A program made the position numbers and the translations under genes. This document shows, piece after piece, positions 54,476-64,000 of a DNA stretch of 64,000 nucleotides (the first letter of the stretch is position 1; every line of letters begins with the position of its first letter). Below the pieces are notes generated by a model. That model was not told the DNA's origin, ran no database searches, and saw only the letters and a program-made list of their open reading frames with translations. The DNA is from an uncultured bacterium (GTDB lineage: Bacteria; CSSED10-310), in contig CAZELM010000019.1 in the NCBI GenBank assembly GCA_964512995.1, forward strand, positions 12,406 through 76,405, given 5' to 3'.

Positions 54476-55411
54476 ATGAATGAGTCCATCTCTGTCCAGC
54501 AAATATCCAAGTGTTACGGGTCGTTGGCCGCTCTGACGGATGTTTCTCTGACCGTGAAGCCCGGAGAACGGTTTGGATTGATCGGACCCGATGGTGCAGG
54601 GAAAACGACATTGATGCGGATATTGTGTGGCCTGCTCAAACCCGATCACGGCGAGTTTACCATTCAAGGACATCATGGAATTCGGGAGGTTCAGACGATA
54701 AAAAGCATCATCGGGTATATGCCTCAGAAATTCTCTCTGTATCCTGATCTCACAGTGGCAGAAAATATGCAGTTTTTTGCGGATCTGTTTGGAGTGATCG
54801 GGAACGAACGAAAAAACAGGCAGGATCGGCTCCTGAAATTCAGCCGGTTGGGATCGTTCATCCACCGCCGCGCTTCGGCATTATCGGGAGGAATGAAACA
54901 GAAACTGGCTCTGTCCTGTGCACTCATACACACCCCCCATGTGCTCATCCTCGATGAACCGACGACTGGCGTTGATCCGCTGTCCCGCCGGGAATTCTGG
55001 GATATCCTTTGCGAGCTTTCCGACCAGGATGGTGCCAGCATCCTGGTGTCAACTCCCTATATGGATGAAGCATTGAAATGCCATCGCGTCGCGTTTCTGC
55101 ATCACGGAAGAATCCTGGCAACCGATGATCCCGCAAAAATTCCCGATCTGTACCCCAATACAATCATCGAAATTCTGTCAGACGATATCCCCATTCATGA
55201 TATCCCTATCCCGAAGATCCCGGAGATCATCTCGGTGAGTCCGATGGGGGATCGCCTTCGGATTGCAGTCCGGGAACCACAACAGTCGCTGAAGGCGATT
55301 CGGGATCATTTGACACAGTCAGGATTGGATCGAGCGGAAGTCCATATGTCGGCACCTCGATTGGAGGATGTTTTCATTCATCTGCTCGGAGAGATTCATG
55401 ACCACGTCTGA
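54476..55411 (+). CDS. ABC transporter ATP-binding protein (first half of a YbhF-like pair)
   Basis: Walker A GPDGAGKTT, signature LSGGMKQK and Walker B ILDEPT. Confidence 0.85.
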   Translation: MNESISVQQISKCYGSLAALTDVSLTVKPGERFGLIGPDGAGKTTLMRILCGLLKPDHGEFTIQGHHGIREVQTIKSIIGYMPQKFSLYPDLTVAENMQFFADLFGVIGNERKNRQDRLLKFSRLGSFIHRRASALSGGMKQKLALSCALIHTPHVLILDEPTTGVDPLSRREFWDILCELSDQDGASILVSTPYMDEALKCHRVAFLHHGRILATDDPAKIPDLYPNTIIEILSDDIPIHDIPIPKIPEIISVSPMGDRLRIAVREPQQSLKAIRDHLTQSGLDRAEVHMSAPRLEDVFIHLLGEIHDHV

Positions 55412-56153
55412 TCTCGAACTCGCGGTTCATACCACGGATCTGACCCGGACGTTCGGTTCATTCATCGCTGTCGATCATGTCAGTTTAAACGTACGTAAAG
55501 GCGAAATATTTGGATTTCTGGGAGCAAATGGTGCGGGAAAAACGACCACAATCCGTATTCTCTGCGGCCTGCTGCGTGCCACTTCGGGAACAGCCCGGGT
55601 CGCTGGGATCGATCTGATCCGATATCCGGAAAAAGTCAAACAACACCTCGGTTACATGTCCCAGAGATTTTCCCTGTACGATGATCTCAAAGTGAAAGAT
55701 AATCTGATCTTTTTCGGGGGAGTTTATGGATTACCTGGCAGCGCACTCAAACAACGGATCGCAGACATTTCTGAAGCGATCGGATTGACCGCCCTTTGGA
55801 CCCGGCCGGTCAAAGGATTACCGACCGGATGGAAACAGAGACTGGCACTGGCAGCCTCAATTTTGCATGATCCGGAAGTCATCTTTCTGGACGAACCCAC
55901 GGGTGGTGTCGATCCCGCATCCCGAAACGCTTTCTGGGGACTCATTTATTCTCTCGCTGAATCCGGGAAAACCATATTCGTCACCACGCATTACATGGAT
56001 GAAGCGGAATATTGCCATCGGATCGCCGTGATGTACCGCGGACGGATACTGACCTGTGATTCCCCAGGTAAAATCAGACGGGCCAGCGGCTATCCGACAT
56101 TGGAAGAAGCGTTCATTCATCTGATTTCAACAGAAATCAATGCAGACAGATGA
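55398..56153 (+). CDS. ABC transporter ATP-binding protein (second half of a YbhF-like pair)
   Basis: Walker A GANGAGKTT and Walker B FLDEPTGGVD; overlaps the previous gene by 14 nt. Confidence 0.85.
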   Translation: MTTSDLELAVHTTDLTRTFGSFIAVDHVSLNVRKGEIFGFLGANGAGKTTTIRILCGLLRATSGTARVAGIDLIRYPEKVKQHLGYMSQRFSLYDDLKVKDNLIFFGGVYGLPGSALKQRIADISEAIGLTALWTRPVKGLPTGWKQRLALAASILHDPEVIFLDEPTGGVDPASRNAFWGLIYSLAESGKTIFVTTHYMDEAEYCHRIAVMYRGRILTCDSPGKIRRASGYPTLEEAFIHLISTEINADR

Positions 56154-56207
56154 AAGATGGGATCGAGTTGAAAAAAATGCCGATCAAGCAGAATCATTGA
56201 GGATTGT

Positions 56208-57392
56208 ATGCGCCGGTTTATGGCAATCATCCGAAAGGAGATATTACATATTTCGAGAGATCCACGCTCTCTGTTCATCATCTTCCTGATGCCCGTATTG
56301 ATGATCTTCATTTTTGGATATGCGGTTCGCCTGGACGTCCGGAATATTCCTCTGCTCATCATGGATCTGGATCACTCCCCAACCAGTCGATCACTCGTGC
56401 AAACCTTCAAATCCTCCGGGTATTTTCATGTGGAGGATATCCTCTGGAGTCATGAAAACCCGGATCTGCTTTTTCGGGAAGGAATTTCGAGCGCAAAGAC
56501 CGGTTCAGCGCCTACAGCTATGGGAGATGTCACCCGCAATCTCCTGCTCCCACTAAACGAAAAACAGATACCGCGCGCCATTCTGATCATCCCGTCAGAT
56601 TTTGGAACATCAACAGAGAATGGAACCGTTTCACCAGTCCAGTTTTTGACCGATGCATCCGATTCCAATACCGCGACCATCGCCAGCCAGTACGCCGAGC
56701 AGATCATGGCGGTTTATTGGCAGTCCCGTCTTCCCGGAATTCAGGCGTTTCCGGATACCCGAGTCATGATTTTGTTCAATCCGGAACTGGAATCCACTCA
56801 TTTTATCGTCCCAGGACTCGTGGCGATCTTGTTCATCATGGTCTGTGCCCTTTTGACATCCATGACGATCACCCGGGAGAAAGAGAGTGGCACACTGGAA
56901 CAGATACTCGTATCTCCCGTTCGACCGTGGGAAATCATTCTGGGAAAAGTATTGCCTTATATGTTCCTGGCTGCCATCGTGGGATCCATTGTCATCTCGA
57001 CCGCCATGCTCTGGTTCGATGTGCCATTCCGTGGCAATGTGCTCGAACTGATCATCTACTCCCTGATATACATCATCTGTTCTCTGGCATTGGGCATTCT
57101 GATCTCGACCAAAGTCAACACGGTTCAGGTTGCATTGATGATTGCATTGATCACCACCATGCTGCCATCCGTGATGTTATCCGGATTCATGTTCCCGATC
57201 TCCTCTATGCCGACTCCCATCCGGATCATTTCCCACATCGTTCCGGCACGGTACTATCTGGTGATCATTCGGGGAATCATGCTCAAAGCAGTCGGGTTCT
57301 CCGAATTAAAAATACATATCGCATCTCTGGGTATTATTTCTTTGATTCTGCTGACCATCAGCATCCGACGATTCAAAGCTTCCCTGGAATAG
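56208..57392 (+). CDS. ABC-2 type permease (YbhS-like)
   Basis: N-terminal TM helix, a large periplasmic loop, then 5 TM helices. Confidence 0.85.
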   Translation: MRRFMAIIRKEILHISRDPRSLFIIFLMPVLMIFIFGYAVRLDVRNIPLLIMDLDHSPTSRSLVQTFKSSGYFHVEDILWSHENPDLLFREGISSAKTGSAPTAMGDVTRNLLLPLNEKQIPRAILIIPSDFGTSTENGTVSPVQFLTDASDSNTATIASQYAEQIMAVYWQSRLPGIQAFPDTRVMILFNPELESTHFIVPGLVAILFIMVCALLTSMTITREKESGTLEQILVSPVRPWEIILGKVLPYMFLAAIVGSIVISTAMLWFDVPFRGNVLELIIYSLIYIICSLALGILISTKVNTVQVALMIALITTMLPSVMLSGFMFPISSMPTPIRIISHIVPARYYLVIIRGIMLKAVGFSELKIHIASLGIISLILLTISIRRFKASLE

Positions 57393-57410
57393 TTCCTGGA
57401 AAGGCGTGAC

Positions 57411-58502
57411 ATGCGTGTAATACTCCATTTAATCCGGAAAGAGTTCCTGCAGGTGATGGGTGATCGAGCCATTCTGGGAATTATTTTCATCATGCCCATC
57501 GTACAGTTATTCGTGCTGGGATACGCGATCAATACCGATGTCAAAAATATCGCTCTGGGAATATGTGACGCCGACCACACTGCCGAAAGCCGCGCTATCC
57601 TCGACCGATTCACCCATTCCGCCCGGTTCAGAATCGTTGCCAATACCGATCGAATCCGGGATATGAATGATCTCATCGATCGAGGTGAGGTATCGATCAT
57701 CCTGAATATCAAAAAAGGATTTGGAGAACTGATCCAGATGGGTCAACGACCGGAGATCCAGATTATCGTCGACGGCGTGGATTCCAATTCAGCGCTCATA
57801 GCCGCAGGATATGCCCGAAACATCATCATCGGACATTTTCAGTCCCAGTATCACCTCCCGGTGGCGGACATCATTCGGCTTCGGGCGTTGTACAATCCGG
57901 AACTCGAGAGCCGCTTCACGATCGTGCCGGGGATCATCGCGGTGCTTCTGACAATTGTCACGATGCTTCTCACGGCATTGGGTTTAGTTCGTGAACGAGA
58001 GATTGGCACACTGGAACAGCTCATGGTCACACCGATTCGACCGATTCAACTGGTCATCGGCAAAGTCATGCCCTTCGCGTTCCTGGGTGGAGCAGCGTTC
58101 GCGGTGGCGGTGACAACCGCAATGTTTCATTTCAAAATACCGTTGAATGGAAGCATCTGGAACCTGATTCTGTTTACGGGGATCTACCTGCTGACCACAC
58201 TGGGGCTCGGAATGTTCATCTCCACCGTCACATCCACCCAACAGCAGGCGGTATTTCTGGCGTGGTTTCTCCTCGTCGCATCCATCCTCATGTCAGGTTT
58301 CATGTTTCCAATTTCGAACATGCCATTGTTCCTCCAGCGAGCCACTTACCTGATCCCGTTGCGATACTATATTTCCGCCATCCGGGAGATTCTTCTGAAA
58401 GGTTCATCCTTATCAGAACTCCAATTCCAGTTGACCGCCCTGACTCTCTTCGGTGTATCGATTTTCAGTTTCAGTGTCCTGAAATTCAAAAAAACGATGT
58501 AG
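57411..58502 (+). CDS. ABC-2 type permease (YbhR-like)
   Basis: Paralogue of the previous permease with the same topology. Confidence 0.85.
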   Translation: MRVILHLIRKEFLQVMGDRAILGIIFIMPIVQLFVLGYAINTDVKNIALGICDADHTAESRAILDRFTHSARFRIVANTDRIRDMNDLIDRGEVSIILNIKKGFGELIQMGQRPEIQIIVDGVDSNSALIAAGYARNIIIGHFQSQYHLPVADIIRLRALYNPELESRFTIVPGIIAVLLTIVTMLLTALGLVREREIGTLEQLMVTPIRPIQLVIGKVMPFAFLGGAAFAVAVTTAMFHFKIPLNGSIWNLILFTGIYLLTTLGLGMFISTVTSTQQQAVFLAWFLLVASILMSGFMFPISNMPLFLQRATYLIPLRYYISAIREILLKGSSLSELQFQLTALTLFGVSIFSFSVLKFKKTM

Positions 58503-58571
58503 AAATATTATCTATACCGACCATCACTCTAAATGCTGGAGGTTCGTGATCGGAATAGCATCCGGGAGGAG

Positions 58572-60101
58572 TCAGTCCGTTTTAAATATCTGCCGATAAT
58601 GCTCTTCGAACGCATGCTTTCCGGCAGCCAACATCATACAAAACGGCATTTCCTCCCGAGCCAACTGGATCATCCGGCCGGCGATCTCCCGGATATCCCA
58701 TTGCGCATGGACATCTTCCCGCAGTCTGGACAGATGGATCAGCTCCCGGGCATTGATCTTGATCAGCACACGCCGGCGATGAGCACCCAACAATGCATAC
58801 GGAGCCGCTTCGGGAGCGATCGGCCAGATCCGATGAAACAGCACTTCTGACTCCTTCGCTGATGCATCCAGAATATCCTCCAGACCACAGTCCGCAAACG
58901 ATGGTGGAGTCGTATATGCCCATTTGGGATGATAGGGAGCTGCGATCAGGGTAGCCATGCGATGCCGCTTCAGTTGTGCAAATGCGGCCGCGCTGATCAC
59001 CAGCACGAATTGCGCTTCCGCACACTCAAACTCCCTTGGAACCGCATCCCATGGTTCAAGTCCCCGGAACATCTCCCGGAAAGTATGTTCCATCACACCA
59101 TCGGGAATGGAAGGCGACGACGGATCGCCGAAACCATTCTCTCCCGTCAGACGGAACCGGACGGCTTCCATCACGCGTTGATCGGCATGAGGCGTGACAT
59201 ACTGGAGTTTCACGGGTGCTCCCGGATCTGCGGCTTCCGGGGATTCCGCCTCCGGGAGTTTACCCTTTCGGCTGCCTGGCACAGTCAGACAATCCCGTAA
59301 CCGTTTGTCCCGATCGACCGTTTCTGTTCGGGCAGCCGTATATTTGATCAGGGAGGGAGCGATTCCATCGATCACACGAAACAGATTCCGGCCGAATTCC
59401 CGATGCTCCATGATGCCCGAAGATGCGGCGGTCTGAAGCATATACTCGATGTTCCGGGCATTGGCTGTCATTCCCATCTGAGTGGTGACGGACATCGGAA
59501 GCAGATACCGGGCATCCTCTCCAGCCGTTTCCAGCGGTCGACCGCCTGATTGAAGCTCCTGAAGAGCGGTCTCGTAGCGTTGGAACTGGCGCCGCACAAA
59601 CGATTCAAATGCATCTGAAATGCCTGCGAGCCGCACCTCCTCAGGAATGATGAAATCCTCACCCAGCCGGATATATCGCTGGGATTTCTCGGTGAACGAA
59701 CAGAGACGATGATGCTGGATCAGTTCCGCCAATAACCGTGACACGCCGATGATATCGATGTTGAATACCGCATGCTCGGCAACCGACGCATGTCCCATTC
59801 CGAAGATGATATTCCGATTGGAGCGGCGGGCTTTGCCCACCCAATGACACGCTTCAGTCCGAAGAATATCGACCGGCCGGGGATCCCGGCTGATCCGGGC
59901 ATACGCGGCGGATATCGTCTCCGGAGTTCGATTTCCGGCATCCAGCGCTTCCCGGCACGCCACGCGAATCTCTTCGGGAGACAAACCGGTCACATTGGCA
60001 GAGCAATCCGGATTCAGGGATGTCTCGATCGTTTCAAGCAGCAACCGGTCAGCCATCAGAACGGTCTGATCAATATTCATACCAGCCAGAATGATTTTCA
60101 T
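58572..60101 (-). CDS. thyX: FAD-dependent thymidylate synthase ThyX, tandem-duplicated (two ThyX domains in one 509-aa chain)
   Basis: Domain 1 reads HASVAEHAVFNIDIIGVSRLLAELIQHHRLCSFTEKSQRY, i.e. a ThyX motif with HHR in place of RHR. Domain 2 carries LKRHRMAT (RHRxxxxxS/T). Confidence 0.6.
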   Translation of the reverse strand: MKIILAGMNIDQTVLMADRLLLETIETSLNPDCSANVTGLSPEEIRVACREALDAGNRTPETISAAYARISRDPRPVDILRTEACHWVGKARRSNRNIIFGMGHASVAEHAVFNIDIIGVSRLLAELIQHHRLCSFTEKSQRYIRLGEDFIIPEEVRLAGISDAFESFVRRQFQRYETALQELQSGGRPLETAGEDARYLLPMSVTTQMGMTANARNIEYMLQTAASSGIMEHREFGRNLFRVIDGIAPSLIKYTAARTETVDRDKRLRDCLTVPGSRKGKLPEAESPEAADPGAPVKLQYVTPHADQRVMEAVRFRLTGENGFGDPSSPSIPDGVMEHTFREMFRGLEPWDAVPREFECAEAQFVLVISAAAFAQLKRHRMATLIAAPYHPKWAYTTPPSFADCGLEDILDASAKESEVLFHRIWPIAPEAAPYALLGAHRRRVLIKINARELIHLSRLREDVHAQWDIREIAGRMIQLAREEMPFCMMLAAGKHAFEEHYRQIFKTD

Positions 60102-60820
60102 GATTCCTCTTCCAATATCCTGTGTTTTATGGATTCCGACAGATAAAAAGGCGCATGTACTGTGACACCCGGTTTGCCGCCGGCAGTGGATCGCGTCAGA
60201 ACAAACAACGCCCGGCCATCGCGGTGGTGTAAAAACGTAATGTCCTTCAGAGTGAATCCCGCCCGATCCAGTTCCAGAATCAGGTGATCGAATCGAAGGG
60301 GGTGATAAAGCATGATCAGATCGCTCCCGGTTTTCAGCAGATATCGAGCCGCCTGAAGGAATCGAGGGAGATCCGCAGTACTCTCCTGACGGGCAGCTTC
60401 TTCGGATGCATTCCGACAGGGATAATCCTGTTTCCGGGTGAAAAACGGCGGGTTCATGACCACCAGGTCGAACGAGGCTTTCTGAAAAATGGTGCGGAGT
60501 TTCCGCACATCGCCCTGGTGGATTTGGATGATCCCATCCAGTTGATTCCGTTTAATACTTCGGGATGCCCGATCGCAAGCGCTCGGGTCGAGTTCAATCG
60601 CCCAGATTTCTTCGATTGATTTGTGAGCGGCGATGAGCATGGCAATGACACCATCACCGCTCCCGAGATCCGCTGCACGCCGATACCGTTTTGCCGGAAC
60701 AAACGCCGCAAGTTCGATCGATTCCTGACCAAAAACATAGCCGTCCGGATCGATTATGATGTGCAGATTGGTTTCCGGTATTAATACTTCTTTCTCAGAA
60801 TTCACACCGTTCATCGGCAC
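60098..60820 (-). CDS. Class I SAM-dependent methyltransferase, TrmN6-like N6-adenine MTase
   Basis: DLGSGDGVIAMLIAAH (motif I) and VVMNPPFF (NPPF motif IV); ATGA overlap with thyX. Confidence 0.55.
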   Translation of the reverse strand: MPMNGVNSEKEVLIPETNLHIIIDPDGYVFGQESIELAAFVPAKRYRRAADLGSGDGVIAMLIAAHKSIEEIWAIELDPSACDRASRSIKRNQLDGIIQIHQGDVRKLRTIFQKASFDLVVMNPPFFTRKQDYPCRNASEEAARQESTADLPRFLQAARYLLKTGSDLIMLYHPLRFDHLILELDRAGFTLKDITFLHHRDGRALFVLTRSTAGGKPGVTVHAPFYLSESIKHRILEEES

Positions 60821-61300
60821 GTACCATACTAAAATATTTCAGATCAGACCACCGCGGTTCTAACCGATGTCCGATTAATCCTTCCCCCCCGGGAGAAGGA
60901 TTGAGGATGAGGGTGGCAATTGGAATGCTTCTGATTAGTACCACGATCGTGAACCCGTTTTCAGTTACACTGCCCGATGGTATTGGCATAATTCCCTCAC
61001 CCCACCGGCCAGGTTTATATGTTAATCCATGTTGGCTCAGCCGGCGACCCGCTCCCGGCCGTTCCACTGGGAGGTCGTACACGCTCCGCATGACACTAAA
61101 TGAAGAAACCTATAAAACGACCGCTCGTGAAGAGGTTTCTTAGCAGAGGATATAGAAGGAATCGTGCCCAGAACCCTCTGGATTTACTGTTACCTACCCT
61201 TCCGGTCTTTTAAAAAATTGGGATTCTTTTATAATAAGAACGATATTTCAGTTTTGGTCAGGAAACTGAACCAATGGCATAGGATAGGAGGCCATCCGGT

Positions 61301-61483
61301 ATGAAAACGAATCAGAAAGGACTTTTTCGCGGAGAATGGATCACCTTGCTCCTGATTTTCGCCATCTCCGGCATTACCGCCTTTTTCTACACACGATCGC
61401 AGCTTCAGGAGAAAGAAACGATTACGGCGATCGAAGCGCTCACGCCAACGCCGGAGACTGATCTGGAAACACCCGTTCCATGA
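61301..61483 (+). CDS. Small membrane protein (60 aa, single TM helix)
   Basis: AGGAGG Shine-Dalgarno 9 nt upstream; ATGA overlap with the following gene. Confidence 0.45.
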   Translation: MKTNQKGLFRGEWITLLLIFAISGITAFFYTRSQLQEKETITAIEALTPTPETDLETPVP

Positions 61484-62625
61484 ACCTCTATTTTGACAAT
61501 GCTGCCACATCCTGGCCGAAACCCCCGGCAGTGTCACGAGCCGTAGCCGACTGCATCGATCATTATATGGGCAATCCCAACCGCTCCATCGGTACGGAGG
61601 GTCGCCGGATTCTTTATGACACCCGAAATCAACTGGCATCCCTGCTTAACATTCGGGATTCCTCCCGGATCATTTTTTGTTTCAATACGACCCACGCCAT
61701 CAACATCGGCATTCAGGGACTTCTCTGCACCGGAGACCATGTGGTGACCACGTCGATGGAGCATCACGCCGTGGGACGGATTCTCCGTCATCTGGAACGC
61801 ATAAAGAAAATCACATTGGATATCGTAAGATGCACTCCCGAAGGATACCTGGATCCGGATGATCTGAAAAAATCACTGGGGAAACCAACTCGGCTCGTGG
61901 TCGTGAATCATGCTTCCAATGTTACGGGATCGGTCAACAGATTGCAGGAATTGGGTCATCTGGTAAAGACACATCACGGCATTTTCATGGTAGACTGCGC
62001 TCAGAGTGTCGGCGTTGTGACCATTGATGTCGAACGGGATCAGATTGATCTGTTAGCGGGACCCGGTCACAAAAACCTTCTGGGTCCATCCGGAACCGGA
62101 TTCCTGTATATCCGGTCAGGCATCGAGCTGAATCCGCTGATTTTCGGCGGAACGGGAAGCTTTTCCGAACGGGAGAGCCAACCGGACCAGATTCCGGATC
62201 GATTCGAGTCCGGCACGCCGAATTTTCATGGTCTGGCTGGATTGCATGCAGGGCTGGCGTATCTTTTCGAACAGGGAGTCGAAACGATACAATGGCACGA
62301 AAGTCAGATCACGCAAAAAACACTGGAAGAGCTCAATCATATCTCCGGTATCCGCATCATCGGCCCAACGCATGCAGCAGACCGGCTGCCGATATTCTCC
62401 ATTATTACTCCCCAGACAGATCTGGCGGTTATCGCTGATACACTTTATGAAAATTACGGGATTATCGTCCGTCTGGGACTCCACTGTGCTCCCTGGGCAC
62501 ATCAGACGGCTGGGACATTCCCCGGGGGAACACTCCGGATATCACCCGGCCTGTTTCATACGGATGAAGACCTCCGATTCCTCTTCCATGCCTTATCCCA
62601 AACGATCAGCCATGATATCCGATAA
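61480..62625 (+). CDS. Class II (SufS/CsdA-like) cysteine desulfurase / aminotransferase class V
   Basis: PLP-Lys in GPGHKNLLGPSGTGFLY and catalytic Cys in RLGLHCAP (RxGHHCA-like). Confidence 0.75.
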   Translation: MNLYFDNAATSWPKPPAVSRAVADCIDHYMGNPNRSIGTEGRRILYDTRNQLASLLNIRDSSRIIFCFNTTHAINIGIQGLLCTGDHVVTTSMEHHAVGRILRHLERIKKITLDIVRCTPEGYLDPDDLKKSLGKPTRLVVVNHASNVTGSVNRLQELGHLVKTHHGIFMVDCAQSVGVVTIDVERDQIDLLAGPGHKNLLGPSGTGFLYIRSGIELNPLIFGGTGSFSERESQPDQIPDRFESGTPNFHGLAGLHAGLAYLFEQGVETIQWHESQITQKTLEELNHISGIRIIGPTHAADRLPIFSIITPQTDLAVIADTLYENYGIIVRLGLHCAPWAHQTAGTFPGGTLRISPGLFHTDEDLRFLFHALSQTISHDIR

Positions 62626-62881
62626 CAACTCCCCCGATATTTTAATCATTCTCGAATCCATTCATCATATCTTCAAAATGGAAGATGAACTGGAGCGGAA
62701 AAAAATCCCTTATCGGATTGTAAACAAACCGCGATCGATCAGTACTGACTGCGGAGTAGCCATTCGTTCGAAATATTGTTATCTGTCTGTCATTCAGGAG
62801 ATCGCAGTGGAGCACAATTGCATGATTGCAGCGATTTATCTCGATCAGAACCAGTCCTGGTCATTGATCGGCGCCGGATAA
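62612..62881 (+). CDS. DUF3343-like small protein (putative S/Se-carrier-like), overlapping the desulfurase 3 prime end
   Basis: 89-aa ORF starting MISDNNSPDILIILESIHHIF...; DUF3343-type proteins commonly accompany cysteine desulfurases. Confidence 0.45.
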   Translation: MISDNNSPDILIILESIHHIFKMEDELERKKIPYRIVNKPRSISTDCGVAIRSKYCYLSVIQEIAVEHNCMIAAIYLDQNQSWSLIGAG

Positions 62882-63090
62882 ACGCATATTGATGGAAAGG
62901 ATAACTGTGCCGGCCGCATTTCAACTGGATATCTCCAAATATCTCCTCGCAATCACGACCGATACTGACCCTTAAAATTCCGGAACAGGAGATTTTAACT
63001 TGTCCTTGTTTCGAGTAAAATAGGAATACGTGTCTGGAATGGACATGGAACGTTTTTGTTGAAACGACTTCTTAAGAGGAGATTTCTGAA

Positions 63091-64000
63091 ATGTCATCGA
63101 AACGAGTTCAATCGTTGCAGCCATCCTTGACTTTAAAGATTGCAGCAAAAGCAAAAGAAAAGAAAAATCAAGGAATTCCAGTGATTGATTTCAGTGTTGG
63201 GGAGCCTGATTTTCCAACACCAGACGCTGTAAAACATGCCGGCATGGAAGCGATCACGGCCAATTTCACTCGTTATACCCAAACAGACGGAACACCCAGC
63301 CTTAAAAAAGCGATTTTAAAACGGCTGATCGAAGATGATGGTGTCGAGTACAAACCGGAAGAGATCATCATCAGTCCGGGAGCCAAGGCATCGATCTATC
63401 TGGCACTGGCCGCATTGCTGAATGACCATGATGAAGTCATTATTCCATCGCCCTATTGGGTTTCTTATCCGGAACAGGTCCGTCTGAACGGAGGAACTCC
63501 GGTCTTTGTGGAAACAACCGAAAGAAATGGATTCCGTCTTGGAATCGAGTCATTCCTCGAAAAAATCACCCGCAAGACGAAAGCGGTCATAATCAATAAT
63601 CCTTCCAATCCCACGGGCGCTGCATATCCTCCACAGGAACTGGCGGAAATACTCGAAGTCGCACTCGCACACAACATCTATGTCATCTCTGACGAAATCT
63701 ATTCTAAAATCATCTACGATCAGTTTAAGTTTGAACGTGCGATTAAAATCAATCCAAATCTCAAATCACTGATCATCACCATTGATGGTGCATCGAAAGT
63801 CTATTCCATGACCGGCTGGCGGATTGGGTTTGCGGCTGGTCCCAGAGAGATCATCAAAGCCATGTCCGACATTCAGGGGCACCTGACATCCAATCCGTGT
63901 TCCATTTCCCAGGCGGCAGCAGAAGCTGCCTATGCCGGTGATCAGTCTGAAATCCTGGATCGGGCACACGTGTTCCAGGAACGGCGCGATTACATACTGG
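63091..64000 (+). CDS. Aspartate/aromatic aminotransferase (class I), 3 prime-truncated by the window end
   Basis: AAGAGGAG Shine-Dalgarno. ...VIDFSVGEPDFPTP...NPSNPTGA...SKVYSMTGWRIGF... places the PLP-Lys in the SKxxxMTGWR motif. Not in the ORF track because there is no stop before 64000. Confidence 0.8.
   Translation, partial: MSSKRVQSLQPSLTLKIAAKAKEKKNQGIPVIDFSVGEPDFPTPDAVKHAGMEAITANFTRYTQTDGTPSLKKAILKRLIEDDGVEYKPEEIIISPGAKASIYLALAALLNDHDEVIIPSPYWVSYPEQVRLNGGTPVFVETTERNGFRLGIESFLEKITRKTKAVIINNPSNPTGAAYPPQELAEILEVALAHNIYVISDEIYSKIIYDQFKFERAIKINPNLKSLIITIDGASKVYSMTGWRIGFAAGPREIIKAMSDIQGHLTSNPCSISQAAAEAAYAGDQSEILDRAHVFQERRDYIL

Noticed and set aside
60795-61091. 98-aa minus-strand ORF in the long leader region
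   Set aside because: It overlaps the 5 prime end of the methyltransferase gene, has no Shine-Dalgarno and has improbable composition.
61020-61100. Possible cobalamin riboswitch (ACCCGC ... CCACTGG resembles a B12 box)
   Set aside because: The box is interrupted by an 11-nt insertion, and the upstream GGGAA/GGTG elements of the cobalamin riboswitch consensus are absent on either strand.
1-64000. CRISPR arrays, rRNA and tRNA genes
   Set aside because: I found no regularly spaced direct repeats of 25-40 nt, no rRNA-like conserved blocks and no cloverleaf candidates by eye; a tRNAscan or CRISPR finder run would be needed to be certain.

Overview
This 64-kb window looks like a chromosomal segment from an uncultivated, probably anaerobic bacterium. 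GC is about 50 percent by eye; Shine-Dalgarno sites precede many start codons, and adjacent genes often overlap in ATGA. Housekeeping operons (mnmG-rsmG, a complete rnfBCDGEA complex, thyX, adenosine deaminase, aspartate aminotransferase, a SufS-like cysteine desulfurase) are mixed with accessory content. Five very large secreted proteins carry Pro-Thr-rich linkers; three of them end in dockerin-type calcium-binding modules with four conserved cysteines. A membrane PMT/GT39-like glycosyltransferase is co-transcribed with three radical-SAM enzymes (one B12-binding, two SPASM) and no obvious precursor peptide; this is the best candidate for an undescribed modification system. An orphan promoter-to-terminator transcript lies directly downstream of that operon. 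The window also holds a TPR-CHAT protein followed by an ECF sigma/anti-sigma pair; a second ECF sigma whose anti-sigma is fused to a TonB C-terminal domain; a TolC/HlyD/ABC-2 (YbhGFSR-like) efflux locus; a lone MNT nucleotidyltransferase; and a truncated IS110-family transposase remnant with an array of perfect hairpins at the left edge. I could not identify any tRNA, rRNA or CRISPR array by eye. All calls come from reading the translations and DNA motifs; no database search was possible.
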